From contig NC_087436.1 in assembly GCF_036321535.1 (NCBI RefSeq), positions 103,976,001 through 104,040,000 of the forward strand: a DNA stretch of 64,000 nucleotides, read 5' to 3'. This DNA is from Camelus dromedarius. Lineage: Eukaryota. Under the pieces are notes generated by a model. The model had not been told where the DNA came from. It searched no databases and saw nothing but the letters and a program-made list of their open reading frames with translations. This document shows, piece by piece, positions 15,210-29,671 of the stretch (positions are counted from its first letter, which is position 1; every line of letters starts with the position of its first letter). A program made the position numbers and the translations under genes.

Positions 15210-15800
15210 CTTACATTCTCGGGGGGCCTGGGAGAGAAGGGAGATAAACATAACAAATAAGTCAAATGTATTGTATCTTAGAATGTGATACAGGACATGG
15301 AAAAAGTGTGAAGCTGAGGAAGAGAGATCAACAAGAGTGCCAAAAAACAAAGGCGGTGGGGAGGGTGTGGTCTGCAATTTTAAATGGAGTTGTCAGAGCA
15401 GGCCTCAGGGAGAGAAAAAGCACTGAGGTAATAAAAGAGTTAAGGGAGTTAGCCAAGAGGACATCAGCATTCCTGCAGCTGCAGAATAGTAAGGAGTCCA
15501 GCTGGGACAGAGCACAGTGAGAGGGACGGACAGGACATGAAAAGGAAGAGAAGAGGGTATGTGGAGGGCAGATCATGTAGAGCCTTACAGATCTTTGTAA
15601 AGATTCTGGCTTTTACTCTGAGCCAATACAGACTACGAGCAAATTTGATTTATATTTTAAGTAGATTACTCTGCTAAGTGAAGAACACAAGTATACACAG
15701 GGAAATCCCTAGGCAGCCACTGCAATTATCCAGGAAAGAGATGGGGGCTGAAGCAGGGTGGTGGCACAACAGGTAGTGAGAAGTGGTCAAATCTTTTCTT
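15210..15800 (+). mobile_element. L2 fragment
   Basis: L2-like ggggcagatcatgtagagcctt...tggcttttactctgag...agattactctgct. Ends are approximate. Confidence 0.6.
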
Positions 15801-16370
15801 CTCCATTCAAACATAGTTAAGTGGGCGCCATTCAACTTACCACAAACCCCGAATTTAAAATACACTAGTAGCAACAGACTCCATGATGGGTTTCTCAGTC
15901 CTTTACTAATACCTACACAGTGCTGAGTTCTCATATAAGCAGACTGTCTTACTGAGTTTTCAACCATTCTAGCACTTTCCTGCATGAAATTTATACTCAT
16001 TTATTCCTATTCCTACCCACGTTCATATTACACTAAAATGGTATGGGGAAGGGAAATGAAAAGACAGATATTTTTTAAGTTTATGTATCTTTCATTGAAG
16101 TCAGCGGTATTTTTTCCTTCTTTCTTTTTCTTCTTCTCGGAGTATTTCATCAGATGCCTCTTTTAAAAAGTGAAAACAAAAATGTAAACAAGCTATAAAC
16201 CTTCTACATTAATAAAAATACTGAACATTAATGGAATAGTTTCCCAAATGTTACCACTGACAGTCTAGTAAACATTATTATTTCTTCATACTCTTACTTG
16301 GTAATCTACCCCCAGCTTCTTTTTAATCTCATTTCATTACTCAAATTTGCAGAGTAAAATATATGCTACA

Positions 16371-16510
16371 GGGGGAGGGTATAGCTCAGTGGTAGAGCAC
16401 GTGCTTAGCATGCATGAGGTCCTGGGTTCAATCCCCACTACCTCCACTAAAAATAAATAAATAAACAAAACTAATTACCTACCCCCCCCTAAAAAATATT
16501 AAAATTTGAA
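16371..16510 (+). mobile_element. tRNA-Ala-derived SINE (camelid vic-1-like)
   Basis: The head tatagctcagtggtagagcacgtgcttagcatgcatgaggtcctgggttcaatcccc resembles tRNA-Ala(AGC) with A and B boxes, followed by an A-rich tail. There is a 15-bp TSD aaaataYatgctaca at 16356-16370 and 16511-16525. Confidence 0.9.
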
Positions 16511-17141
16511 AAAATACATGCTACAACATAATTGCTTGACTTTGATAAAAGATTAGAAACATTAGAAAAAGACATCTTGGTTGACTCTGTTACAAAAAAA
16601 AAAAAAGCTTAACAGACTTTTTTTTTAAGCAGTTTTCTAGTATTAGGGATCAAGTTAAGGTTTTAGGTCATACATTTTTCCGGCCCTAAACAACTGCTAT
16701 GCATAAGACAGCTTGAGGACTTACAAGTTGAAAAAGGGATAAAATGTAAATTACACAACTCTATCATGCGCTATTAGAAAACTTCATAAAGGGTTTACTT
16801 AAGGAAAGGCTTAAAACTTCTGTGCCTTCTAAAGACTTTAGGAACTGTTTTCCTTAAGTGAAAAGAAAACTTTGGGATCCATATGTTTATTTGATAAATC
16901 TTTTACAATAATGCCATTTAACAGATGAAACAATGCTCTACAACTTTAAGCTCTAAGACATGCATTATCTTATTTATTCTAGTATAAGGTATTAAATTAT
17001 CTGACAGGCTGACCCTCAATAAATCCTAAGAAAAATGAAAACCATATTTCAAAATCAAAAATGGAACAATTATTTACTAAAATATAAATATCCTCAGAGA
17101 AATGTTATTTGATTTTTTGGTTTTTTGCAATTAGTGAGTTA

Positions 17142-17315
<174 letters not shown>

Positions 17316-17519
17316 CTATAAAGAGAGCACACTAAGTTAAGTATACTTAAATTCACTATTTTCTTCTTTATAAAACAGAAAGAAATAAAATTTGAAATCC
17401 AGTGGTTGGTGATTTTCAGATAATAACTGGTACATTGTTGGTATTTTATACTCACGTTATTCTTACAAGTTTATGAAATTTGCTTAATGCGATGCCTTCT
17501 AACCACAGCAACAACAGCA

Positions 17520-17800
17520 GTAAAAGTACCTGTTTAATGTTCATTATTTATCAGGTACTATTCTACATTATATGATAAATATGTCCTATCTATACACACA
17601 CACATACACACACACACACACACACTGGGAGAGAAGTCATTTAACTTCATGACAGTTCTATAAGGAAAGTATTATGTATCACCGTTTTATAGATGAGAAA
17701 ACCAAGATCCAAAGAAGTTAAGGAATTTGTCCAAAGTTGAAAAAACAATGAACATCAGAGATGAGTTTCCAACCCAAGCAGTACAGTTATGCTCAACAGC
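17520..17800. mobile_element. MIR interrupted by a (CA)n microsatellite (17594-17625)
   Basis: MIR core ttttatagatgagaaaaccaag...gaagttaaggaatttgtccaaag. The CA run is seen directly. Confidence 0.65.
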
Positions 17801-20234
17801 ATCATATACTACCTCAATATTATACATTTTTACTAAATTTTTAGTGACAGGGTATTTCAGAACACAATAAATGCTAATCTCAATTTCTGCATCATTATTT
17901 CTATGTTCTCCTATCTTTTAAGTCATTATTTACAGCTCAATTACAGTGTTTAAAACTAAAGTATTTTACAAAACTGAAGTAGATCCTCTTAATCTTACTT
18001 TAAAATATATAGAGAGAGAAAACACTAAAATTTTCTTGCTACAAACCAACCTACTCTGTATTACTTCATTATATAAAATTCCTCAATTGCTCCCCATTGT
18101 CTACCAAATAAAATGCAAACTTCTTTTTATGAATTACATACCATTTCCCAACCCCATCCCTGACAATCTTTTAGGCCTTATCTTTTGATGCTTTCCCCAT
18201 ATTAACCCATTACTTTAATTTTATGAAACTAATACTGTTTTTTTTATTATTACGCTTTTTCTGTCTCAGTATTTCTGATGTTTCTTGTTTTGCTTCGCAT
18301 CTTTATTGATTTTTTTCTGATTCCAAAAGTATAAGATCACACACAAGATTATTTCAGAAATCCGTAATGCAGAAAGTGAGAATCTTATATAGCCCCAAAC
18401 CCTAAAGGCGTATTTTTCTGACTTTTATATACACACAATGAATATTATCATCAGACAAAAGACCAAATGTTGCTTTTGAGTAGAGTTATCCTCTACTGAA
18501 ACTAAAAAAAGAAAAATTTTATAGTTGTATTAAAATAGAGAAAATCATTTCACTTTTCTTAGCTAAATAACCTTGGGTGCAAAATGAAGAAACAAGGTTT
18601 TAGGGAAAACACCACCACTCAGCATGTGGTCTGCAGCCTACTGTCAGTCAGCAAACTGACACCAGTGTACAGCATACAGACAAGTGGAGAAATTTCAGAA
18701 TTTAGAAACTTTTATAGCAATTAGACAATGTTTTCAAAGAATTTGACTCAAGTAAGTGGCAAATGTACTTACCATGTAGGTCCTATTCATAATGAACTGA
18801 AAATGAAAAACCTGGCCCCTCACCACAGGTAATTTGAAAAGCATTCATCTAGAAGGTCTACTCTAGCACTTACATTTTCTGCTGTTTTAAACAGTGTCTT
18901 ACTCTTTTTTTCTAAATGCCTCCTTTTAAAGTTATCTTTAAAGGGGCCTGCCTCACTGCCTCCACTCCTCCTATGTCTATTTCCCTATTTCTGCCCATCC
19001 CTCTTCCTCTTCCTGACCAATCTTTTCAGAATCCTGTAGATATACCTGGAAAAAATCATTGCCACTGAGATGCTCAGAAACTGCCCCTATTTTGGAATAG
19101 ATCCAAGAGCTAGAGAGAAATTCTAGATTGAAAAACATGATGACTGAGAGAGCGGAGAGGAAGCCTGTCTTGGAAATGGTCCAGTCAGTTGGAACAAATG
19201 GAAACTGTTTCATTTATGTGATACATTTAAAAAAACAATGTCCTAGGAAATTCTTTTCACCACATGAACACAAAGAATCCAGAAGTAGAGTTCTGTGGTT
19301 TTAGGATCAAATATTTCAGAAAATAAAGCTAATTATCATATATAAACTGATGTCACATCCTAGCTACTGAACTATTTTTTTTTGAGAGCCCAGAAGAAGT
19401 GTATAAATATCTACCAAAATACGTGATTAACAAAATAAAATAATTAAGATATCAAAAAAGGAAATTTTAAAAAGCTTATAAAGATATCTATAGTGTACTT
19501 GCTTATGTAAAAGGACTGTCTGGCTCCTAAGAAAGTTGGGTGAAAACAGTAAATACACCAAATTATATTTTCCCTGGAATTATCATTTAAACATTAATAT
19601 ATACTTACTTCTGTTTTAAAACACAAGTCCCAAGATAACACAAAAATATATTCATAAAACATAAAAGTATATTTTATATCTCATCTATCTTCAACATCTG
19701 ATCACAAAATATAATTAGAAAACACTACAATTAGAATCACTTTATATTGAAATGTTGGAAAATATTTAACTAAACCAAATACACTAAAAACCATCAGTGT
19801 CCATTAAACCCTCTTCCCAATATACTACAGAAGTGCAGAACACTGTGACTGCTCAAACTTTTCTAAAACTTTACAGAAAATTGTAAATTTTAGAAATAAG
19901 GCAGGCTAGTAGAGAAATTCTTAAAAGAATCACCTGTAACTGAAAACTCATGAGCAAATGACAAATACTTCTTATTCACTGAAATCCATGAATTAAGAGA
20001 TCTGAAAATAGATTCTGAAATCCAATGAAGTAAGTCTTCAAATAATGTACAGCAAATAATGTAGAGTTCTTTGGGAAACATATCCTATTCTGCAAACCTA
20101 CTGTAGAAAGCCTGAATTGATGACACAAATAAAGGAGTGCTCAATAATACATGACTACTGAATTATCTTTTCAAAAACATTCACTCAGATCTTCTGGTAC
20201 ATTATAGAAACTACATATTCAGTTTCAGAAAGTT

Positions 20235-20610
20235 ACTTTTTATTTTGAAATACTCTCAAAAGTTGCATAACAACAAAAAGCTCCCCCTCACCCTCTGAAT
20301 CATTTGAGAATAAATCATAAGCATGTTGTCTCATTACCACTGAATAATTCATCATGTTTTCCTATAAACATAATGTTATACTATATAGTCATGGCATGAC
20401 CACAAAAATTAGGAAATTAACACTGATACTCTCTACTCCATACTGTCTAATCCACAGAACACATACAATTTCTCCAGTTGCCTCAATGATATTCTTTGTA
20501 GCAAAAGGATTCAATCTAGGACCATGTGTTATATTTAGTCCACATGTCCCTTTAGTCTCCTTAAATTTAGAATAGTTCCATCAGTCTTTCCTTGACTTTA
20601 ATAAACTTGA
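20235..20610 (-). mobile_element. Old L1 (L1MC/ME-like) 3' fragment
   Basis: aaaattaggaaattaacactgatac...catgtccctttagtctccttaaatttagaatagttcc. Confidence 0.55.
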
Positions 20611-23600
20611 AGGCAGTTACCTTTTAAATGATAAGCTGATTTCAGTTCCTTGCACCTGTAACATTTGCATTTTATACTTGTGTTTTATATTTGTGCTGTT
20701 ATTTCTTGTATTTATTTTTACTGCTTATGTTTTAGGTTTATTGCATTTGTATTTATATTTGTATCTTGTATTTGTGCAGTTATTTTTTGATACTGCTTTA
20801 ATAAAATCTGATACATACTAGTATAGAAATATTTTGAGACTCTATATTCAGCCTCTACCTCCTTCCCTGAGAACTCCTACCAACATTAGTGTGGATCTCT
20901 GAATGCCAGTCACCCCTCCTTTGACCTATCACTCACTGCTATGGCTATGTGATCAAAGGGCAGACACTTGACACAGAAGGAAACAATCCAGAGCCTGACC
21001 AAGATGAAAGGATTCTATCTCACAAGAAACTACAAATCAGACCATGAAACATTAGGTCACTTGGCCACGGTTCTGGATTTTTTGAGTGATAATGACACTC
21101 CGTTGAAGGTACCATTTTATGAGCGGTCAAGATGGGCCAGGTGGTGAGGGGAAGGGAGGAAGCCAATAAGCAGAGAGAGAAAATATGAAAGAGACAGACG
21201 TGAGCACAGAGATAGAAAGAAACAGCACAGAACAGCCTTGGTTCTTCACAAATTCCCAGTTTCAGTTCCTCAGAAGGCCTGGGCTACACAAACCTTGCCC
21301 TGATTTCCATGATATAACAATGATAAACCTGTGTTTCCCTTTTTAAATTTAAATACGTAATTTTAAGACTTCAAAACCCAGGAGAGGTGATTTATCATCA
21401 CAGTTAAGCACTCGGACTCTGGAATCTGACAGACTATATTCAAAATCTGACTCCATTACTTATGTTCTCTTTTGCCTCATATTTTCTCCTCTGTACAGTG
21501 AGGAAAATAAAATTGTCTACTACACATGGTTATGAAGATTAAATTAAAATGCATTCACAGTGCATAGAAGTATGAGACAATAAGAGTATTTTGAGTGATT
21601 TTTATATATCAATGTGATTTCTGTTAAAGTGTAAAGCCTAAACAAGTGAGTTTCACCCTGACTATTTTGATTGGTTTAATACACATTTTGGGGAATATCA
21701 GACATTTATAAAGATAAGATTGACCAATACTCTTAAAGTACCATTTCAGATATTCTGAAACAAAATACACAACAGAGATGGAGAGGAAAACCACAGCCTT
21801 TTCACTGACAACATAAGCAGGAACTTTCCCAAGGGACACCTGTCATCAAAACAACAGTGTCCAAGGTCTGACATGTGAGCTGGTTAAAGCAGATGAGCTC
21901 CTTGAAAAAACCTGCAGGGTCTTCCTGTCTTGAAAATACTACTAAAATAGGTTAGTATAATGTCTCAGGGGAAATAATGCATAACAAGAAAGGTAACTAC
22001 CATTATTCTCACTTTTAAAGATGAAAAAGCTAAGGCCAGGAGAGGGTTAGCAATTTATTCTACTTTGTACAGCTATTCAGGAGACCTAATACTGGAAGTA
22101 AATTTTGAAGAATTCCAAAGTTTATGTTCTTCACCACCATCCTAATCTAGATGTTCTATAAAAATGCATTGATTCCCAAACTCTCAGAAGTGATAACATG
22201 CTAATTAAGCATGAGCTGCCCATGTTTCTCTCTTCATCCCAAAATTGTTAAAGTAAACAGCACAATGGTTGTGAGCAAAGACTCACAGACCACACAGATA
22301 TCCCAAATCTATTATTTGTTGTATGACCTTAAGTTACTTTATGCTCTATGCTTCTGTTTTCTCATGAGCAAAATAGTAATAAAAGTCATAAGTCAAAGGG
22401 TTGCAAAAATTAATTTATTTCATATGAAGTGTAAAGAATGGTGCTTGGGTATACAGTAAACACTCAATGTCAGCTATTCCATGTAAATCATTTATTTTTT
22501 TTTTGATTTTTGCCTTGATTTGCACACTGTATACCATTTCTTAAAGTAACTGAACACAGTCTGAGATACTACAAAACATCAGCTGATAATCACTGATCTA
22601 AGAATCAAATCTACAGAGAGCAGCAATTATCAAACTTGACTGGAACCCAGCACACGAGATGCCGTAACCAGTGTTAGTTAGAGGCTGGTACTGACATTCC
22701 TTGCTTTAGTAACTTTCATCTTTTCATCTAAGGTGGTGATGACACTGACACAAAAACACAGGCAAATTGGAATGTGTTTTCATGAAAGAGTGGGGGGAAA
22801 AGGTAAATTATTTTTACCTTTACCTTAAAAAAATTTCCTCTGATCCTAAATTCAAACATGTAAATTCTACGCTAATGAAAATTTCAAGCTAATCTGTTTA
22901 GTTTCTACACTTTAACACAAGCATAACTTTACACTTCTGCTCACCTCCTGTGAGCACTGCAGCACTCCGCAGTGAGCACTGTAACTCCCTGCAGTGTTGC
23001 TATAGTACCATTTCAGCCCTTAATCCCATTCCCTGAGCTTCCAACATCAAAACCCATCAGTCAATCCCCAGTTTACCTACAATAAATCCACCGATGACCT
23101 CCTTTCAATTCTGTTCTCAGAACAGCTCAAGAGTCAACTGGCTTCACAATTACTGTCAACACCATTTAAGACAGACCATGGCCTTTTTAAAAACAACTGT
23201 AGAATTTAGCCATTATTTATGACACTAGTGCATTGACTGATCAGTTGATAGAGATGACAAATGACAGAGTCAAACAACTAATTTACAAAGAAACTTGTAA
23301 AACACAGTGTTTTTATGAAATGAAGTTTGCCTGCCATTTGTTTTACAGAAACCAATGCATGATCTATATCATGATTACTCTTAAAGATTATTATTGATTA
23401 CAATCCAAAAATCTCTAACAAAATTACCCATGATTCAACATCAGTCTGTCCACTAATTAAAAAAAAAAAAAGTACTGTACTGTTATTATAAAGAACACCA
23501 AAATAAGAGTCAAATGACTTATCTCCTGTGTTCTCATTTGTGAGGTAAAAACTACCTCATAAAGCTATGAAGATGAAGAAGGGAGCATAGCTTTACAAAT

Positions 23601-24099
23601 ATATGGTAAAAATTTGTTGCTTTTATTGGAGTTAAAACAGGTAGGTACCATGGCAACTAAAGACACCAAAGTCAAGTTTCGACCTTAGTCTCTGGCCAAA
23701 ATCTACCATTAGAATTTGGTCTCAAATACCAGAGCTTTAAATACCCAAAGACTTACTTAAATGTCTTTCTTGCACATGAATTGTGTGATCAATACTCATA
23801 AGATGACATAAACTAATATCCAATCAGCATAACATCAATAATATATAAGGTGAGTCATTCAGATTTAACAATATGTGAAATTCTCTTTAAGTAATGATAA
23901 GCATTCAAGATGTAACAAATAAAAAATCTCCTGTTTTTTATTTGCTAAAATTTAGTAAGTCAGAACTTATACTTTCTGCCAAAATTAAATTACAGAGACC
24001 AGATTTACCATCCTTCTTCAAAACAACTAAAAAAAACAGAGAAAATAATGCACAACGACAGTTTTCAAGACACTGAACATCAGGCAACAAACTACAGTG

Positions 24100-25810
24100 A
24101 TCCCTGGAAGACAAGAAACAAAGCATGCCCTATGACTGACCTAAATTTGTTCCTGGAGAGAACTTCCAGAATAAGGTGCAGGAAGAGAGAATCCAGGCAG
24201 AGACTGGCAGTTCTCTGAAGCTGAAGAGATGAAACTGGAAGGCTGGGGAGACCAAGGGAGGCTAGAGAGTCTAGGACTAAGTACCAGAGAAGCGTGAGCT
24301 GCACAGAGAGAGAAGCCTGGACATCTAGGAGGGGTGCCTTGGGTTTTAGCTGACTATTGATTAGCTCATGCATGCAAGGAAGCTACAGCAAGCCAAGGAA
24401 AAAGGACATGCAAAAGAACTGAAGAAAATCCCTAAAAATTACACAGGGCAGGGAATGGTGCTTGTTCCAAGACAAAGTGGAAAACCTCATAATTTGTGGG
24501 TCACCAGGTAGAATACCAAAAAGGATTTTGCCTAAGCCCTGGGGATATTAACCCTAGACTAAACTCTACATTGGCCCTACCTATAAAAGCTTGTAAGTAC
24601 CAGCCAAAGGTATTAAACTGTTTCCAAGTAACTTAACTCTGTCCACAAAGCTTAAGAACATTTATAGGAATGCAAAATATTCAGGATCCAACAAGGTAAA
24701 ATCAACAATGTCTGGCATCTAGTGAAAACTATCAAACATGCTAAAATACAGAAAAATAAAACCCCAAATGAGAGTAAAAGTCAATCAAAACCAACCCAGA
24801 AATGGCACATGTGAGAGAATTAGTGAACAAAGATAGTAAAACAGTTATTGCAGCTATATTCTAGGTATTTAAGAAACAGACCACAGATACAGAGAATGAA
24901 CTAGTGGTTCCCAGTGGGGAGAGGGAAGAAGGGAAAGGCAATATAGTGATGGGGGAAAAAGGAAGTTAGGGTAAATACTAAGGCAGGGAAAAATGAGGAA
25001 GTTAGGATAAATACTAAGATGGGGAAAAAAGAAGTTAGGGTAAATATGAAGCATGTTAATGGAGACATGTAAGATTAAAAAAAAATTTGCAAGACCCAAA
25101 TCAAAATTCTAAACATGAAAATTCCAATAAAATATATGAAAAATATCAAATGAGATTACTGACTGACTAAATACAGCAAACTAAAACATCAGCAAACTTA
25201 AATACAATAAGCATCAGAAAGTATCGAAATTAGATAATGAGCTGTGGGAAAACTTTAGACAGCCTAACATAGGTGTAACTGGAGTCCCTGAGAAGCCAAG
25301 GAATGACAAAAGATGTATTTGAAGAAATGATGGTCAAAATTTGTCCAGATTTTATTAAAACTATAACCCACAGATTCCACAAGGTCAATAAACCTCAAGA
25401 CGAGAGACACAAAGGAAACTACAGCAATCTAAGTCATAGTCAAATAGCTTAAAATGAGAGACATAGAGTATCTTAAAAGCAACTTTGAGGAAGGGAAAAG
25501 GCACATTAAGTAAGGGGAACAAAGACAAGGAGGACAACACTTTTCATCAGACACCATACAACCCAGGGAACACTTCAACAGCACAAAGTATAAAAGAAAT
25601 AACTGTTAACTTACAATTCTTACCTAGCAAAAGTATCTTTCAAATATGAAGGCAAAATAAAACCTTTTTCACATATACAAACACTAAAAGAGTTTGTCAC
25701 AAGAAGTCCCATACTATTAGAAATGTTTTTAAAGTCCTATAAACAGAAGGAAAATGGTATCAGATGGAAATCTTCATAAAGGAATAAAGATTGCTGGAAA
25801 TGTAACCACA
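24100..25810 (+). mobile_element. Old L1 (L1MC/MD-like) 5'UTR-ORF1 remnant
   Basis: Degenerate ORF1-like strings (ggagtccctga..., tatttgaagaaatgatgg, tatctttcaaatatgaaggcaaaataaa). Ends are approximate. Confidence 0.7.
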
Positions 25811-27049
25811 TGGAAAAGTATACGCAATTTATTGTAGGTCAATTTTACTCCAATAAAGTTGTTGGGGGAAAAAAAACAGCCTGTACAGGAGGTGTGGGAA
25901 ATGGCACATTCATTCATCTGTGAGAGTACAAATTAGTACAACCTTTTTGGAGGGCAATTTTGGCAAGTCAATTAAAATGTTAAATGCTTGTTGTCTTTAT
26001 CCCAGAATTTCCACTTTTCAGAATTTATCATACAGCAACACTCCCAGAACTATATAAAAAGGTCAAGAACTTTCGTTACAATATTGGTACCAATAATAAA
26101 AATTTAAAACTACTCAAACTGCCAACAGGAGAATTGTTAGACAAATTATGACACTACTATAGCAAAATTAAAAATAATTTTTCTTCATCATTTTTATCTT
26201 TAATAAAAAAGCACATTTTATCTGACATTTAATAAAGTTATTCCATTGAGTATGATTACCTCACATATTTTTCATACCGATTAGCTCCCTTATATGGCCA
26301 ATATATTAAAAAACAAAATTACAAATTAATCAGAGCTTCTGAAATACATTTTCATATTCTCTCTTAACTTTTATCCTAAGGAAAGTGTTACCTAGATTCA
26401 CCAAAGCACTGTTTGATAATTCCCAAGAACAACACAGAATTAAGTCAGGGATTCTCAGTCTTACTGAGATTAAAATTCTCATACAAGTTTATTAACTATA
26501 TTTATTTTATAAAATATCTATTATATATTTAATTTACATCTGGTAATATATGTTGGGGTCTCTGATAAAACAGAGAAAGAGAGACAGAGATAAAAGGAGA
26601 GTAACATCCCTCAATCTCCTTACTCTTGATGTTATCATGGGAGAATATATAATACTCGGAGTTTTGTGGCCATTCCCAAACATGAGTAGAAAACCAACAA
26701 AAAGAAAAAAGGCTAACACAGAGCCCTGCACATCACTGAGCCTCTGAACTAACCTTGAAACCATCTGGTCTGAGACTTACCACAAATTTCAAAAGTTAAA
26801 CTCCTAAAAATTGTTAAAACTCCTTTAATTCAGGTATTATACTATTTGCAGCCAAAATCATCCTAAAATATACAAACTTTAGATAACAGATCTAATTGAT
26901 GGGGACCAGCAAGCTATAGAAGTTATTGTAAAAATATAAGAAATCACAAAATCATACTGGTAAACTGACTTTATAAGTCAATTGTCCAACTGCATATTAT
27001 TATGTTTTAACAGAGACTAAGGGGTATGAAGCCATCCAAAATTTGTTTC

Positions 27050-27482
27050 AACCTAATTATATACATAGTTCTATTTCTATTATATAAGTTATAGGGGTAC
27101 AATACAGTGATTCACAATTTTTAAAGGTTTTACTCCATTTACAGTTATTATAAAATATTGGCTATATTCCCTGGGTTGTACAATATATCCCTGTAGCTTA
27201 TTTTATACATAATAGTTTGTACTTCTTAATCCCCTACCCCTGGACTGCCCCTTCCCCCTTCCCTCTCTCCACTGGAAACCACTAGTTTGTTCTCTGTGAG
27301 TCTGCTTCTTTTTTCTTATATTCACTAGTTTGTTGTATTTTTTAGATTTCACATGTAAATGATATCATATAGTATTTATCCTTCTCTGTCCAACTTACTT
27401 CACTTAACATAATGTTCCCAAGTCCATCCATGTTGTTGCAAATGGCAAAATTTCATTCTTTTTTATGACTGAGTAGTACTCC

Positions 27483-27484
<2 letters not shown>
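27050..27484 (-). mobile_element. L1 3' end fragment
   Basis: Reverse L1 3'UTR (acagtgattcacaatttttaaagg...tccatccatgttgttgcaaatggc). It closely resembles the copy at 49705-50307. Confidence 0.85.

Positions 27485-27529
<45 letters not shown>
27485..27529. repeat. (TG)22 microsatellite
   Basis: Perfect TG run seen directly. Confidence 0.95.
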
Positions 27530-27530
<1 letters not shown>

Positions 27531-28317
27531 ACAAAAGACATATTTACTTGAAATGTACTGCTCAACCCTCAGGATCATTAAGAAAGCCAACCTCTGAGAT
27601 CCCATTAACCTGCCATATATTGTAATTTTTAAATGTCTTTTTCTATCATTCATTGATTTTTTAAGGGTAGAAAAGAGAAAAGGAGTTTAAAATACTTCCA
27701 TCACTGAGACTCAGGGTAGCAACTGTAATCCATTTCTTTGAATAAGACAATCCTATATTGGTAGTCAGGGAATGGTGGCCTGTTAGGGCTCCTAGTTATA
27801 GCCTACAGAAAGAGTTTAACTTCTCTCAATTACCAAACATATGCCAGATAACCAATGTGAAACAAATAAAATACAAAAAGTTGACTGAAAGAAAAGAATA
27901 AAATGAAAATAAGGGTCAGGCTAAACTATAAACCAACAAATGCCATAAGGGAAAGACATGGTACAACGTTACTCTGGCTTAGAGGAACAATAGAAAAAAT
28001 TAAAAATAAACAAGGAAGACTTTATATAGATGAAGTTCTATTTCAGCAAAATCTAAAAATTAATCTTAAAAATGGGTATCATTTGACATGCAAAATGGAA
28101 CAGGAAGAGACTGTGAGAAATTATGAGTGAAATGCCTCATGAGAACACAGGATGTGTACAAACAGCTGCCTGTCAGTAGTTCACTTTGGCTAGAGTAAAG
28201 AGTGTGTAAAGAAGCTGTGCAGTAAATAGCAATGGCTAAAAGAGCAGATTAGGAACTAACTACAGAAGATCGTGAATGCCGAATTAAGAAATCTAGACCA
28301 TACTTGGTGGACTTTAG

Positions 28318-28502
28318 CAGTGATTCTCAAAGCATGGTCACTAGACAACAACGTCAACATCCCTTGGGAATATTTAAAAAGGCAAATTCTTGGGTCTAAT
28401 CCCAGACCTACTGAATCAGAAACTCTGAAGATGGGCTTGGCCATTTGTGTTTTAACAAGTCTTCCAGGTGATTCTGATGCACATTTAAGTTTGAGACTAC
28501 TG
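28318..28502. mobile_element. MER5A-like hAT MITE
   Basis: Terminal inverted repeats cagtgattctcaaa / tttgagactactg and the internal motif cccagacctactgaatcagaaactctg. Confidence 0.8.
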
Positions 28503-29021
28503 GTCTATGAAGACCCAGTCCAAGTTGAAAGGAGGCAGGGAATAGCAAAATACCATACTCTAAAATATTTTAATCAAGTACAAATGGTCAGAATTTACTT
28601 TAAAGGCGGAAAAGATGAGCGATGGCAAGACAAGTTGGAAAACCAAATAATAATAATAAAACAACAATTCAGAGGAGACAAGAAGGCAGAGAAAGACGAG
28701 TATGGAACATTAAGCCTGAGTTGTAGGTAAGAGTGATAACACCAATAAAAATAACAAACTTCAGGGGAAATAGTTTTGTAAGGAAGTCAGTAATTGGCTC
28801 AGCATGAGACTTCCTAAACAGGAAAACAAGAGATTGTTATGAATTTTTTTTAGAATTTAGGACACCAAGTTGGAGATCCCAGCAGACAAAATGTGAAACT
28901 GGTATTCAGGAAAAAAGTCAGAACTGAATATACACAGATAATCAAAGCTATGTACCTGAATAAAGCCTCCTAGAAAGTGAAAGAAAGGAAAGGAGAATCC
29001 GAACGACAAAAATCTTACGTA

Positions 29022-29271
29022 AGAGACTTCTGGTTCCCGGTTCTACATGCAAGGGTCTTGGGAGTCACCACTCCATTCTAACAAGTAAAAAGCTGAACAG
29101 ACTGAAAAATAAACATCTCTTAGATCCATAAAAGAGAGGAAGACACAACAAACCCAGGCCCCTAAGCCTGGAGAGTTGACAAGCAACTACAGAGAGCCTC
29201 AGTTTACTAAAAGAGACTTAAGAGCAGGAGCTGCTGAGGGAACCAGTGCAGAGATAGGAAAACCTGAACTG
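29022..29271 (+). mobile_element. Old L1 5'-end fragment (probable host of the ERV insertion)
   Basis: gacttctggttcccgg...aaaaagctgaacagactgaaaa...tcttagatcca resembles old L1M 5' ends. Confidence 0.5.
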
Positions 29272-29667
29272 TGATAAAAACAAGACAACAGGGCCAAAAT
29301 GAAGTCACTTATGCTAAGCCCCACAGCACCAAACCAAGACTGACTTAATTATAGTTACGGTCTCTCCCAAGAACAGAATCCTAAACCAATAAATCAGGAA
29401 TCACCTGATCAGCACTAGTGAGATAATCTGCCTGACAGACCCCAGTCATCCCCTAAAGGAAGGAGACCTTGCCACAACACAACCCACCTGTTTGTTGCTG
29501 GTGTAACTTCCGTGTCCGCTCCCTTCTGCCCATGAAAGTCTCTCACTTGGTACGGTTCCTCAGAGCTCCTTTCTGTCTGCTAGACGGGATGCTGCCTGAT
29601 TCACGAACCACTGCATAAAGCCAGTAAGATCTTTTAGATTTACTCAACTGAATTTTGTTTTCTAATA
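29272..29667 (+). repeat. ERV 5' LTR
   Basis: Runs tgataaaaacaagac...ttttctaata and aligns end to end with 37243-37620. Confidence 0.92.
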
Positions 29668-29671
29668 GTAT

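Noticed and set aside
16375..16447. Possible tRNA-Ala gene
   Set aside because: It has an A-rich tail, a 15-bp TSD and similar copies elsewhere in the window, so it is a SINE.
24948..25050. CRISPR-like repeat array
   Set aside because: The copies are adjacent and imperfect with no unique spacers, in a mammalian intron.
28272..28730. 152-aa ORF
   Set aside because: It has a non-ATG start, overlaps a MER5A-like element and shows no recognisable domain.
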